NCBI GenBank assembly: GCA_947475165.1
Contig: CANJLD010000004.1
Span: forward strand, 9,791-73,790
Direction: 5' to 3'
Length of the DNA: 64,000 nt
DNA from: Bacteroidota bacterium
GTDB lineage: Bacteria > Bacteroidota > Bacteroidia > Chitinophagales > LD1
This document shows, piece after piece, positions 18,856 through 28,563 of the stretch; position 1 is the first letter of the stretch; every line of letters begins with the position of its first letter. The notes beneath the pieces were generated by a model. That model worked only from the letters and a program-made list of their open reading frames with translations. It was not told where the DNA came from and searched no databases. Position numbers and translations under genes: made by a program.

Positions 18856-21800
18856 TTAACGCACTAAGGTAACAGTACCCTTCTTGTCCATTTTTTTACC
18901 ATCTAAATAAGTAGCAGTTACTTCGTAGACAAACACATTGGTGTTTTGAATAGCGCCTTTATAAGTACCATCCCAACCATCAAACTGGTTGTTCGATTCA
19001 TAAACTTTCTCTCCCCAGCGGTTGAACACTTTTAAGTCAACGCTACGGATGCCTTCACCAAATACCATGAAGACATCATTATTTCCATCACCATTAGGAG
19101 TAAACGCGTTTGGAACAAACGGCTCCGGATGACCAGCCACATTTACTTTAGCCGTAGCAGTAACAGTGCAGTGTCCGTTATAGGTAACGGTAAGCGTGTA
19201 ATCATTATTCTTGCTGTAAGAATTCACCGTAGGGTTAGCACAATCCACACAAGTCAATCCTTCGTTTGGTGACCAGGTATACGATACGATAGATGAAGCA
19301 CTATATGGCGCGAATGAAGTATTCAGTTGAATGCTTCCGCCTAATTCAATAGTAGTATCACCGGGAACAATTTCCAAAGTTGCTTCAGCCGGTTGAGCAA
19401 CCATAATAGTAGTATCAGTAGTGCAACCGTTGTTGTTGATGATATGCAACTGGTGTGCACCACCGCTTACATTAGTGAATTCATTCAGTTGCTGATTTCC
19501 CATTCCGTCTAATGCATACAGGTACGGTTGGTTCAGGATAGAGATTGGAGTGATGATGATAGTTCCATCATTGTGACCTGCACCAAAGCATGACACCGGT
19601 GTGGTGGAGAATTGGAATTCATCAGCCGGAGGAACTGGTAAGTTCAGGTTGGCAATCTTCACACAGTTGTTAGCATCGCTCACGCTGATTACATAATCAC
19701 CGGCAGCAAGACTTGCAAACGCACCGTTGTTGTTGGTTTGAACAACCGAACCGTTAAAGCCTAAAGTGAACACGTAAGATGCTGTTCCACCGGTGCAGTT
19801 AGCAGTAACAGTTCCGTTAGTTGTATTGAAACAAAGTGGAGCCATAGATGAAGCTGTTACGCTCATTGGTTGTGGCTCAGTTAATGTAGCAGCAGCCGAT
19901 GCAGAACAGTTATTAGCATCAGTAACTACTACCGCATAGTTTCCGGCAACTAAGTTGTTGATACCAGGAGTTACATCGGCAGTAGCCGTATTCCATAAGA
20001 AAGTATAAGGAAGAGTTCCTCCGGTTGCGCTTGCGCTGGCAGTTCCGTCTTGTCCTGCATTTGGAGTGATAGATGTTCCTGCACCACCTGGATTACAGGT
20101 AATGTTTGTTGAAATTAAAATAAGGTTCATCTGCGCAGGAGCAGCAAGAATCATGGTGGTATCAGCTACACAACCGTTAGCATCAGTTGCAGAAACAGTG
20201 TAAGAGTTGGCTGTAAGACCTGTAGCAGTAGTACCGGTTCCGCCAATATTCCATAAGTAAGTAATGTTACCTGCACCACCGGCAGCAGTAATGTCAATGC
20301 TGCCATCGTTGCCACCAAAACATTTAACGTTAGTAATAGCCGGAGTGCTGAAATAAATAGGCGTAGTAGAAGCAACGGTAACGCTTGCGCTTGCCGAGCA
20401 TCCTGAATTATCAGTAACAATTACAGAATAATTTCCACCGGTTAATCCGCTTACATTTTGTGTAGCATCACTATTGCTCCATTGGTAAACGTAAGGTAAA
20501 GTTCCGTTGGCAGTAACCGAAGCCGTTCCGTTATTAGCACCAAAACAAGTTTCGTTAGTTGAAGTAGCATTTACGTTTAAGCTGCCAAGTGTAACGCTGA
20601 TAGTATCGCTCATTTTGCAGTTTCCGCTGGCAACCTGCACTACATAACTGGTAGTAACAGTAGGCGATGCAACCGGATTAGCAATGTTAGTGGCACTTAA
20701 AGTTGCAGCCGGTGACCAGTTATAAGTAAAGGCATTTCCGTTTACCATGTTACCGGTAACCACTGCGTTCAATTGAATGTTTGGTGTAGTGCAGCTTGAT
20801 GCATCCGGTCCGGCACTTATACTGAATGGCGGAGCAATAACTGTTACGGTTACTGTATCGCTTGAATGACAAACACCTAAATCAGCAACTACGGTATAAG
20901 TTGTAGTAGTAAGCGGGCTTGCAATAGGGCTTAAAGTTGAAGCGTTGTTTAAGGTGGCAGCTGGTGTCCAAGCAAATAAACCAAGACCCGAAGCATTTAA
21001 CTGTGCCTGGTCGCCAGTGCAAACATTCATTCCAACACCTGCATCAACTCCAAAAGAATCAATTAATAATAGAACCGCACTATCGTAAGGCAGGTTACTA
21101 CATGCAGCAAAAAGACTGATTACTACCGTTTCTGTTCCTTCAACTAAGTTGTCAGAAATTGGATTAATGAAAAGAGAAACAACAGTATCTCCGGCAGGAA
21201 TAACTATGCTGGTTGGTATATTGTTGTAATCTGCTCCGTTGGTAGCACTACCGGTAATAGTGTAATTAACTGTAGTAGGATAAGGAACCGGATTTTGTAA
21301 ACGGAAATTGATAATTCCCTGCACACAACCTTCCATTGCATTTTGCACATTCGGAACGTTTGTTTCTGCGGTATCAATGCTCACGTAGTTTGAAGTCAAA
21401 CTGTTGGCTTCTAAAAACACACCTGAATCGTAAATGCCATCACCGGCATCAGCAATCACTAACTTTAAGTGATAAGTCTGGCAAGGTTGTAAGTTTTTTC
21501 TCTTGGCAGTTAATACAGTAGTAAAACCATCGTATTGAATGTAAGAGGCAGAAGCATTAAACGGGGGAGTATATCCATCGCCATTATCTACATAGTATTG
21601 CGAGTAGCTACCTGTGTTTACATTATCAATGGTAACCGGTGTGTTAGTTCCCGGAACCAAAGCAATGTTTTGCTGACCGCCAATACCGGGACCACTGATG
21701 AAGAAAGCAAACGCATCATTGTATCCTGAATTAACCCACTCTAAATATTCTTCTGAACCAAACACATAACGGAACTCAACGCTATCTGTTTGAACGTTCA

Positions 21801-22158
21801 TATCAAATTCTAAAGAACAACCATCATGCGTTGTAGCACCGGCTAAAGTGTTAAGTGCCGGAATACCGGCTGCTAAATTGTCTAAGCCATCAGAACCAAC
21901 ATCATTAGGTCCTGAAACTAAAATTGAAGAACCGGTTGTAAGCACAATACCTTGTTGCATACCTAAGTTAGTGCCTACCGAAGTAAAAGTTCCTGCTGCA
22001 CCGTTAGGGCAGTTCATTACTACGTTGGTAATAACCACACCATTGCCGCCAAGAATTTGCGCCAATTGGTTTCCGTTAGAATTAGAAGTTGCAGTAAGCT
22101 GTGCAAAAGTGCATTGCAACGATAGCAATAGGGCGAGTGTGGTAATTAGCTTGTTCAT
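18856..22158 (-). CDS. large surface adhesin: choice-of-anchor L domain, Calx-beta-like domain, SprB repeats, T9SS type B (gliding-motility CHU_C) sorting domain
   Basis: 1100 aa. The N-terminal domain carries FRYVFGSEEYLEWVNSGYNDAFAFFISGPGI...YDGFTTVL...LVIADAGDGIYDSGVFLE. Repeats follow the pattern C.G..NG.....A.GG..PY.Y.W. The C-terminus is FVPNAFTPNGDGNNDVFMVFG...VFNRWGEKVYES...WDGTYKG...GTVTLVR. Confidence 0.85.
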   Translation of the reverse strand: MNKLITTLALLLSLQCTFAQLTATSNSNGNQLAQILGGNGVVITNVVMNCPNGAAGTFTSVGTNLGMQQGIVLTTGSSILVSGPNDVGSDGLDNLAAGIPALNTLAGATTHDGCSLEFDMNVQTDSVEFRYVFGSEEYLEWVNSGYNDAFAFFISGPGIGGQQNIALVPGTNTPVTIDNVNTGSYSQYYVDNGDGYTPPFNASASYIQYDGFTTVLTAKRKNLQPCQTYHLKLVIADAGDGIYDSGVFLEANSLTSNYVSIDTAETNVPNVQNAMEGCVQGIINFRLQNPVPYPTTVNYTITGSATNGADYNNIPTSIVIPAGDTVVSLFINPISDNLVEGTETVVISLFAACSNLPYDSAVLLLIDSFGVDAGVGMNVCTGDQAQLNASGLGLFAWTPAATLNNASTLSPIASPLTTTTYTVVADLGVCHSSDTVTVTVIAPPFSISAGPDASSCTTPNIQLNAVVTGNMVNGNAFTYNWSPAATLSATNIANPVASPTVTTSYVVQVASGNCKMSDTISVTLGSLNVNATSTNETCFGANNGTASVTANGTLPYVYQWSNSDATQNVSGLTGGNYSVIVTDNSGCSASASVTVASTTPIYFSTPAITNVKCFGGNDGSIDITAAGGAGNITYLWNIGGTGTTATGLTANSYTVSATDANGCVADTTMILAAPAQMNLILISTNITCNPGGAGTSITPNAGQDGTASASATGGTLPYTFLWNTATADVTPGINNLVAGNYAVVVTDANNCSASAAATLTEPQPMSVTASSMAPLCFNTTNGTVTANCTGGTASYVFTLGFNGSVVQTNNNGAFASLAAGDYVISVSDANNCVKIANLNLPVPPADEFQFSTTPVSCFGAGHNDGTIIITPISILNQPYLYALDGMGNQQLNEFTNVSGGAHQLHIINNNGCTTDTTIMVAQPAEATLEIVPGDTTIELGGSIQLNTSFAPYSASSIVSYTWSPNEGLTCVDCANPTVNSYSKNNDYTLTVTYNGHCTVTATAKVNVAGHPEPFVPNAFTPNGDGNNDVFMVFGEGIRSVDLKVFNRWGEKVYESNNQFDGWDGTYKGAIQNTNVFVYEVTATYLDGKKMDKKGTVTLVR

Positions 22159-22385
22159 GATAGTTTGCTTGTGTGTGCGTTTACGCCTCTAAATTAAACT
22201 CAAATTTAACTTCTGTCAAGTTTTTTTAGGGCTTATGCAAGGTTTCTCTCCAACCTTCTTACCAAGCGCAGTTTTACCTGCACAAAACCGACTTTGTTTT
22301 TGCCTCAAAAGACGAGTATAAGGGCCGAAGGGATGCACTGTTATGACAATAAATTCCTTCAACTTTCGTCCATCAGTCGGATTAC

Positions 22386-22393
22386 TATATTTG
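22386..22393 (+). promoter_or_regulatory. exact match to the Bacteroidota sigma-A -7 box TAnnTTTG (TATATTTG) upstream of yidC
   Basis: Sequence tatatttg lies 60 nt upstream of the yidC ATG. The consensus is taken from the published Bacteroides/Flavobacterium promoter motif. Confidence 0.35.
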
Positions 22394-22453
22394 CGCGCCT
22401 TAAAAAAAGATGTTAGCGGTTTAACCGTTAACCGTCAACCCTGAACTCAAAAC

Positions 22454-24367
22454 ATGAAAAACAAAGAAACTATTATAGGTTGGATACTGATTGCCGCCCT
22501 TATGGCTGGCTTTTTCTACTACCAGAACAAAAAATTCACCGCAGACCAGAAGCTGAAAGCTGAAACCGAACAAGCTGCCAAACAGGATTCTATTAAACTG
22601 GCAAAGAGCCGCCCGCAGCCAATTGCAGCAACTGCCGATACTGGACAATCGGCAACAACAAACAACAAACAAGAAACAACAAACGGAATTCCGGCTGCTG
22701 TCGATACTGCTTCCATGCAATCGCAATACGGTGCATTTGCTGCTGCCGCTATCGGTGAGGAGAAAACCTTTGTGATAGAAAACGAGTTGCAAAAAATAAC
22801 CCTGAGCAGCAAAGGCGGACAGATTAAAAGTGTGCAACTGAAGAAATACAAAACATGGGACGGCAAGCCGCTCGTTCTTGTTTCTGACAAAAATAATTCG
22901 CTCAGCTATCAGTTTTTTATTGATAACAATCGCGAAGTAGATACCAAGAACTTCTACTTTCAGCCCGTAGGCGAAACCTTTACGGTAAAAGGCGATTCTT
23001 CCAAATCATTTACGCTTCGTTTATCTGTTGGTGAAGGAAAATACTTTGAACAAAAGTATACGCTGAAAGGAAATTCGTATTTGTTGAACTACGATGTAAA
23101 CATGGTAGGCTTAAACTCGGTAATTCCCGATAACAGCACTTTTATTTGGACCAACTGGACCAACTCTTTACAAAGTGTAGAGCATAACATTGAACTGGAA
23201 AGACGCTACAGTGCCCTTTACTTCCGCTACAATCAAAGCGATGTAGAACACCTGAGCGAGGACAAAGAACAGGATGAACTTACCTATGCCGCGCCTCTTG
23301 AATGGATTTCGTTCAAGCAGCAGTTCTTCAACGCTACTTTGTTCAGCAACAAAGGCGAAATTCAAAAAGGCGGTTTGCTTAAAACCCATTACACTAAAGA
23401 CGACCACAGCTTCGTAAAAAAATACGATGCCCGCTTTACCTTACCTTATAAGAACGAAGCGCAAAACTCTTATTCGTTTCAATACTATATAGGCCCTAAC
23501 CACTTTAACACCTTAGCCGGCTTAGATAAAGAAACCGAAAGCATCATTAAACTGGGTCCCGATTTTTGGGCGTTCAGTTGGATTACCTACATCACTCGTT
23601 TTATCATCTGGGTGTTTAGCTGGTTCGATAGCGTTCACCTAAACTACGGTATCATCATTCTATTGATGACCCTCATTCTAAAAATTGCTCTGCACCCGCT
23701 TACCGCAAAATCTATTGAGAGTGCCGCTAAAATGAAAATTCTGGCACCTGAGTTGGCCGAGCTGAAAGTGAAATACGGTGACGACCAAACCAAAATAGGA
23801 GCGGAGCAAATGAAGATTTACCAAAAGGCAGGAGTAAGTCCTTTTGGAGGCTGCTTACCGTTGCTGCTTCAAATGCCTATCCTTATGGCTATGTATTATT
23901 TCTTCCCTGCATCTATCGAGTTGCGGCAAGAGCATTTTTTATGGGCAAGCGACCTTAGCAGCTACGATTCTATTTACACCTTTGCCACTGCGCTTCCGCT
24001 TATTGGCGACCACATTAGTTTGTTCACCATACTTATGACCATTACCTCGGTAGGGCAAGCGGTAATGAACAACCAGATGAACGCCATGCAAAACCAGCAG
24101 CCGGGTATGAAATACATGCCTTACTTTATGCCCGTAATGCTCATGTTTATGTTCAACAGTTTTCCTGCGGCACTTACTTACTATTACCTGTTGCAGAATT
24201 TGTTGGGCATGGCTCACCAGTGGATTATTCAAAAGTTCTTTATTGACGATGCCAAACTCCGCAGACAAATAGAAGAGAACAAAAAGAACCCTAAACAGGC
24301 AAGCGGCTGGCAAAAGAAATTAGCCGATATGCAAAAACAGGCGCAACAACAACAGAAGAAGAAGTAA
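22454..24367 (+). CDS. yidC: membrane protein insertase YidC (long Bacteroidota form)
   Basis: 637 aa with an N-terminal TM, a large periplasmic domain, and the C-terminal 60-kDa insertase core (PLTAKS..SAAKMKILAPELAELKVKYGDDQ...MKIYQKAGVSPFGGCLPLLLQMPILMAMYYFF). Confidence 0.9.
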   Translation: MKNKETIIGWILIAALMAGFFYYQNKKFTADQKLKAETEQAAKQDSIKLAKSRPQPIAATADTGQSATTNNKQETTNGIPAAVDTASMQSQYGAFAAAAIGEEKTFVIENELQKITLSSKGGQIKSVQLKKYKTWDGKPLVLVSDKNNSLSYQFFIDNNREVDTKNFYFQPVGETFTVKGDSSKSFTLRLSVGEGKYFEQKYTLKGNSYLLNYDVNMVGLNSVIPDNSTFIWTNWTNSLQSVEHNIELERRYSALYFRYNQSDVEHLSEDKEQDELTYAAPLEWISFKQQFFNATLFSNKGEIQKGGLLKTHYTKDDHSFVKKYDARFTLPYKNEAQNSYSFQYYIGPNHFNTLAGLDKETESIIKLGPDFWAFSWITYITRFIIWVFSWFDSVHLNYGIIILLMTLILKIALHPLTAKSIESAAKMKILAPELAELKVKYGDDQTKIGAEQMKIYQKAGVSPFGGCLPLLLQMPILMAMYYFFPASIELRQEHFLWASDLSSYDSIYTFATALPLIGDHISLFTILMTITSVGQAVMNNQMNAMQNQQPGMKYMPYFMPVMLMFMFNSFPAALTYYYLLQNLLGMAHQWIIQKFFIDDAKLRRQIEENKKNPKQASGWQKKLADMQKQAQQQQKKK

Positions 24368-24474
24368 ACTTAAGTTGTTAGTTTATCCACTAATCAACGG
24401 GTAGTCCGTTTGGTAAAATCAAAATCCTTATCACCTTTGCCGCGCCTGAAAATAGGTAGCGTAAAACATGTATT

Positions 24475-25575
24475 ATGAGTGATGTAAAAAGCGTAATGAA
24501 AACGGTAGAAAAGCAAGAGGCGCGGGTATTTGAAATGATGGAACCTATGGAGCATGAGCAAGTCATGTTCTTTAACGATAAACCAACCGGACTTAAAGGA
24601 ATAATAGCCGTGCACAACACCGTCCTCGGCCCCTCGCTGGGCGGCTGCCGTATATGGAACTACGATAACGAAAGCGATGCCCTTTGGGATGTGCTTCGCC
24701 TCTCTCGCGGCATGACTTTTAAAAGCAGTATCAGCGGTATCAACTTAGGAGGTGGCAAAGCAGTTATCATAGGCAACCCAAAAGTAAAACGCGATGAAGC
24801 TTTCTGGCGCAGGTTCGGCAAATTTGTAGACAGCCTGAACGGAAAATACATTACAGCCGAAGATGTGGGCACCAGCACCGAAGTAATGAGTTACGTAATG
24901 CAGGAAACCAAATACGTAACCGGCAAACCGGTAAGCGCAGGCGGCACAGGCGACCCTTCGCCTTTTACTGCTTACGGTGTTTTTGTTGGTTTAAAGGCGA
25001 GTGTAAAACAAGCCTTCGGTAACGATTCGCTGGAAGGAAAGAAGGTAGCTGTGCAAGGTGTGGGGCATGTGGGGCATAGCTTAGTTGGCTATTTAACCAA
25101 AGCCGGAGCCAAGGTTTTTATTACAGATATCAACCAAACCAATTTGGAAGCTACTGCTAAAGAATTCAACGCAACCGTAGTAGGCACACACGAAATTTAT
25201 GATTTAGATGTAGACGTTTATGCTCCATGCGCCCTCGGTGCCACACTAAACTCCGATACTATTTCTACGCTGCGTTGCTCGGTAATTGCCGGTGCGGCAA
25301 ACAACCAGTTAGCCGATGAAAACCTGCACGGACAAATGCTGCTTGATAAAGGAATTGTTTTTGCGCCCGATTTCTTAATCAATGCAGGAGGGGTAATCAA
25401 CTGCTACCGCGAAGTGCAACACCTGAGCGAAGCCGAAGCAAACACCTTGATTGAAAACATTTATACTCGCACACTCGATATCTTCAAAAAATCGAAAGCC
25501 GAAAATATACCAACGCAGGAAGCTGCTATTAAATTAGCAGTGGAGAGAATTGAGAAAGAAAAAGCAAAAAAATAA
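24475..25575 (+). CDS. Leu/Phe/Val dehydrogenase (Glu/Leu/Phe/Val dehydrogenase family)
   Basis: 366 aa with the catalytic Lys motif GINLGGGKAVIIG and the Rossmann motif VAVQGVGHVGHSL. Confidence 0.8.
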   Translation: MSDVKSVMKTVEKQEARVFEMMEPMEHEQVMFFNDKPTGLKGIIAVHNTVLGPSLGGCRIWNYDNESDALWDVLRLSRGMTFKSSISGINLGGGKAVIIGNPKVKRDEAFWRRFGKFVDSLNGKYITAEDVGTSTEVMSYVMQETKYVTGKPVSAGGTGDPSPFTAYGVFVGLKASVKQAFGNDSLEGKKVAVQGVGHVGHSLVGYLTKAGAKVFITDINQTNLEATAKEFNATVVGTHEIYDLDVDVYAPCALGATLNSDTISTLRCSVIAGAANNQLADENLHGQMLLDKGIVFAPDFLINAGGVINCYREVQHLSEAEANTLIENIYTRTLDIFKKSKAENIPTQEAAIKLAVERIEKEKAKK

Positions 25576-25686
25576 ATCGTGTTTAAGTGCGAAGGTGTGT
25601 AGGTGTTTAAGTCGCGCACCTAAACACCTAAATACTTTAACACGTAAATACAAACATTAAAATAACCGTTCTTTAAAAATTGAGTG

Positions 25687-26628
25687 ATGTTAGGAAGAAG
25701 GAATTTGAGAATTAAAGTAATGCAGGAACTGTATTCGTGGGAAATGGACAACGAGATTCCGCTTAACAAATTAGAAGGTCACCTTAACGGGCAAATGAGC
25801 AAATCTATTTCGCTCTACCTTACCAACCTGCTTTATCTGGTAGAAGTATGCAACTACTCTATGGTAGATAAAGCAAAACGCCTATCCAAGTATATTCAAA
25901 CCGAAGACGATGCCAATGCAAGAACCACTATTGCGGCAAACTCAATTATTCAAAACCTGCAAGCCGATGCGCAGTTTACCGAAGCGGTAAAAAAAGAAGG
26001 CATCCGCAATTATATATCCGAAGATATAGTGCGCGATATCTTCAACGAGTTTGCTACCAAGCAGAAATATAAAGACTACTCCGCCCTCGAAAAACCAAGC
26101 CTGGAACAGGATAAAGAAATTATCACCTATGTATTGCGTAAACTGTTCGACACGCACAAAGACCTCGAGCATCACCTCGAGGAAATTTTCATTAACTACG
26201 ATGATGATAACTCGTTGCTGCTGCACGTACTCAGCAAATACATAGATGCCTTCAGTCCCGAGAAACCCAATAATTTTTTCCCGGGCATGAAAGACTGGGA
26301 AGAAGAAAAAAAATTCGGCTTGCTTTTGCTGTCAAGAACCATTCAGCAGAATCAGGAACTGATTAGCCTGATAGAACCCAAATTGAAAAACTGGGATATG
26401 GATCGCGTAGCTGTTCTCGATTTAATATTGATGAAGATGGCAGTGTGTGAGCTAAAGTATTTCCCAAACATACCGGTAAAGGTTTCCATCAATGAATACA
26501 TTGATATTTCGAAATTCTACAGCACACCTAAAAGCAAAGACTTTGTAAACGGAGTATTAGATAAAGTAAAAAACGAAATGCTCGATAAGGGAGAGATTAA
26601 GAAATTCGGAAGAGGGTTGATGGAATAG
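25687..26628 (+). CDS. nusB: transcription antitermination factor NusB (extended Bacteroidota form)
   Basis: N-terminal RRNLRIKVMQELYSW and a C-terminal NusB fold (DRVAVLDLILMKMAVCELKYFPNIPVKVSINEYIDISKFYSTPKSKDFVNGVLDKV). The ATG at 25687 is preferred over the GTG at 25684. Confidence 0.8.
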   Translation: MLGRRNLRIKVMQELYSWEMDNEIPLNKLEGHLNGQMSKSISLYLTNLLYLVEVCNYSMVDKAKRLSKYIQTEDDANARTTIAANSIIQNLQADAQFTEAVKKEGIRNYISEDIVRDIFNEFATKQKYKDYSALEKPSLEQDKEIITYVLRKLFDTHKDLEHHLEEIFINYDDDNSLLLHVLSKYIDAFSPEKPNNFFPGMKDWEEEKKFGLLLLSRTIQQNQELISLIEPKLKNWDMDRVAVLDLILMKMAVCELKYFPNIPVKVSINEYIDISKFYSTPKSKDFVNGVLDKVKNEMLDKGEIKKFGRGLME

Positions 26629-26714
26629 AAAGCGTTTGTTGTTTCTTGTTTATGGTTCATGGTTAAATAAATACAACACGAAAAAAGAGACAAGAAACCA
26701 GAAACTGAAAAATA

Positions 26715-26722
26715 TATATTTG
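26715..26722 (+). promoter_or_regulatory. exact TAnnTTTG -7 box (TATATTTG) upstream of the DUF1573 gene
   Basis: Sequence tatatttg lies 24 nt upstream of the ATG at 26746. Confidence 0.35.
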
Positions 26723-26745
26723 CGCCCTCTCAAAATCACAAACCA

Positions 26746-27183
26746 ATGAAGAAGATATTTGTAATCGCTTTCTCACTCACTTTAGTTCTCGGCATATTTT
26801 CGTGCCGCAAAAAAGGCGAAACACCACTAGGCGCAAAACTCGATGCCGAGTTAATGAAAGACACTACCACCATCGCATTCGTAGATTCAACAACCTTTCC
26901 GTTCGATACTATTAACGAAGATGACAAAGTGCAGCACACCTTCCGCATAGTAAACACCGGCACCAAGAACTTGCTCATTGCCCGCGCCTTTGGCTCATGC
27001 GGCTGCACCGTTCCTGAATATCCAAAAGACCCTGTTAAGCCGGGCGATACCGCATCTATTGCAGTAACGTTTAATTCAGCAGGCAAGCAAGGCGAACAGC
27101 ATAAAAACGTAACCATCGTTTGCAACACCGTAACCAGAAACGAAATGGTTTACCTCACCGGCTTTGTAATACCTAAAAAGTAA
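26746..27183 (+). CDS. DUF1573 domain-containing lipoprotein
   Basis: 145 aa with a lipoprotein signal (GIFSC) and FRIVNTGTKNLLIARAFGSCGCTVPEYPKDPVKPGD..I.VTFNSAGKQG, typical of DUF1573. Conserved position between nusB and yajC. Confidence 0.75.
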   Translation: MKKIFVIAFSLTLVLGIFSCRKKGETPLGAKLDAELMKDTTTIAFVDSTTFPFDTINEDDKVQHTFRIVNTGTKNLLIARAFGSCGCTVPEYPKDPVKPGDTASIAVTFNSAGKQGEQHKNVTIVCNTVTRNEMVYLTGFVIPKK

Positions 27184-27228
27184 ATCTGTATTTCAATTAT
27201 CATTAATCAATAACAAACAATCAATAAA

Positions 27229-27537
27229 ATGGATAGCATAGGATTAGTATTTATGGGTGCCATGTTTTTAGTAATGTGGCTTTTCTTTATTCGCCCACAG
27301 GCAAAACAGGCTAAGTTGGCTAAAGAATTTCAAACAAGTATTGACAAAGGAGCCAGAATTGTAACCACCGGTGGCATACACGGCAAAATTATTAAGACCG
27401 ATGAAACAACCGTGCTGCTCGAAGTAGATAGCAGCACTAAAATCCGAATCGAGAAATCAGGCATCTCAATGGACCTGACCAAAGCCGCTTACGGAGAAGG
27501 AGAGAAGAAGGCAGAAGTAGCGGAGGTGAAATCGTAA
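27229..27537 (+). CDS. yajC: preprotein translocase subunit YajC
   Basis: 102 aa with a single TM followed by FFIRPQAKQAK... and ARIVTTGGIHGKI. Confidence 0.85.
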   Translation: MDSIGLVFMGAMFLVMWLFFIRPQAKQAKLAKEFQTSIDKGARIVTTGGIHGKIIKTDETTVLLEVDSSTKIRIEKSGISMDLTKAAYGEGEKKAEVAEVKS

Positions 27538-27599
27538 TCGACAAATGTCATTGCGAGGCTTTGCGAAGCAATCCTCTAATAAAAATATATTTTCAGATA

Positions 27600-27640
27600 A
27601 ACGGCATTAAGAATAATATATCTTAGTGCCGTTTCGTTTT
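27600..27640 (+). terminator. rho-independent terminator after yajC
   Basis: 13-bp stem with one mismatch (aacggcattaaga / tcttagtgccgtt), an 8-nt loop, then ttcgtttt. It covers the ORF-track GTG start of coaE, which supports the downstream ATG at 27659. Confidence 0.6.
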
Positions 27641-27658
27641 ATAGTTAACCCTATAACT

Positions 27659-28276
27659 ATGAAACGAAGAAAACTATCTACCCATTACGTGATTAAAGTA
27701 GGCATAACAGGCGGAATTGGCAGCGGTAAAACAACCGTATGCAAAATGTTTGAAGAACTGGGAGTACCGGTGTATTATTCCGATGACCGTGCCAAATACT
27801 TAATGCAACACGAGCATCATTTGATTGATGAAATCAAAAAAAGCTTTGGCGATGATGTGTACGAAAACTGCAAACTAAACCGCAAACTATTAGCAGAAAG
27901 AGTCTTCAACGATAAAGCAAAACTCGATTTGCTCAACTCGCTCGTTCACCCTGCCGTATTTCGCGATACGGAACGTTGGCTCGAAGAACAAAAAGAAAGA
28001 AAGGTGCCTTACGTAATAAAAGAAGCAGCCCTGCTTGTAGAAACCGGTTCCTATAAAACTCTTGATAAACTAATTGTAGTTACCGCACCACTCGATACAA
28101 GAATAAAGAGAGTGATGACACGCGACCAGTTAGAATTGGAAGAAGTACAAGCAAGAGTTCGCAATCAACTCCCCGAAAGCGAAAAAGTAAAGCTTGCCGA
28201 CTTTGTAATTACAAACGATAAATACCTAGACCACCTCCAAAAACAGGTCAAAGACATCCATTTCAGGCTATTTTAG
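27659..28276 (+). CDS. coaE: dephospho-CoA kinase
   Basis: P-loop VGITGGIGSGKTTV near the N-terminus, with length and layout typical of CoaE. The start is moved to the ATG at 27659. Confidence 0.85.
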   Translation: MKRRKLSTHYVIKVGITGGIGSGKTTVCKMFEELGVPVYYSDDRAKYLMQHEHHLIDEIKKSFGDDVYENCKLNRKLLAERVFNDKAKLDLLNSLVHPAVFRDTERWLEEQKERKVPYVIKEAALLVETGSYKTLDKLIVVTAPLDTRIKRVMTRDQLELEEVQARVRNQLPESEKVKLADFVITNDKYLDHLQKQVKDIHFRLF

Positions 28277-28287
28277 GGGGGGTGTTT

Positions 28288-28411
28288 TGCCCAATTTAGA
28301 GTAAAAAAATATCTTCAAAAAATTCTTCAAAAATTACCTCTTTTTCATTGGTAATTTTGCTTTCTACCTTCGCCAAATCTTGAGCAAAAAATGCCCATTT
28401 TAGAGTAAAAA
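28288..28411. repeat. pair of 20-bp direct repeats (19/20 identical) flanking a hairpin in a gene-free gap
   Basis: tgcccaatttagagtaaaaa (28288-28307) and tgcccattttagagtaaaaa (28392-28411). Between them are tcttcaaaaa x2 and the inverted repeat aaattacc...ggtaattt. Confidence 0.5.
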
Positions 28412-28563
28412 GTGGCAAAATCTGTCCTTGGTTATTTTTTCCCTTCCAAATACTCTCGCCTGTTGTTCTTAAAGCCTGTGCCTTTTAAATAACAATACAG
28501 CACCTGCCCAAAACAAGAACCCTATTAAATAACCACTCCGTAACAGGAGTAAAAAACAATTTT

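Noticed and set aside
22421-22890. Minus-strand ORFs 22421..22837 and 22519..22890
   Set aside because: They are antisense to the low-complexity N-terminal part of yidC and have Cys/Ser/Phe-rich shadow composition.
24383-24391. DnaA-box-like ttatccact just after yidC, possible oriC
   Set aside because: It is a single 8/9 match. I found no cluster of boxes, no AT-rich unwinding element and no dnaA nearby.
27545-27575. gtcattgcgaggctttgcgaagcaatcctc after yajC as the terminator
   Set aside because: Only a 5-bp attgc/gcaat stem with an untidy interior and no T-run. The much stronger hairpin at 27600-27640 is the better terminator.
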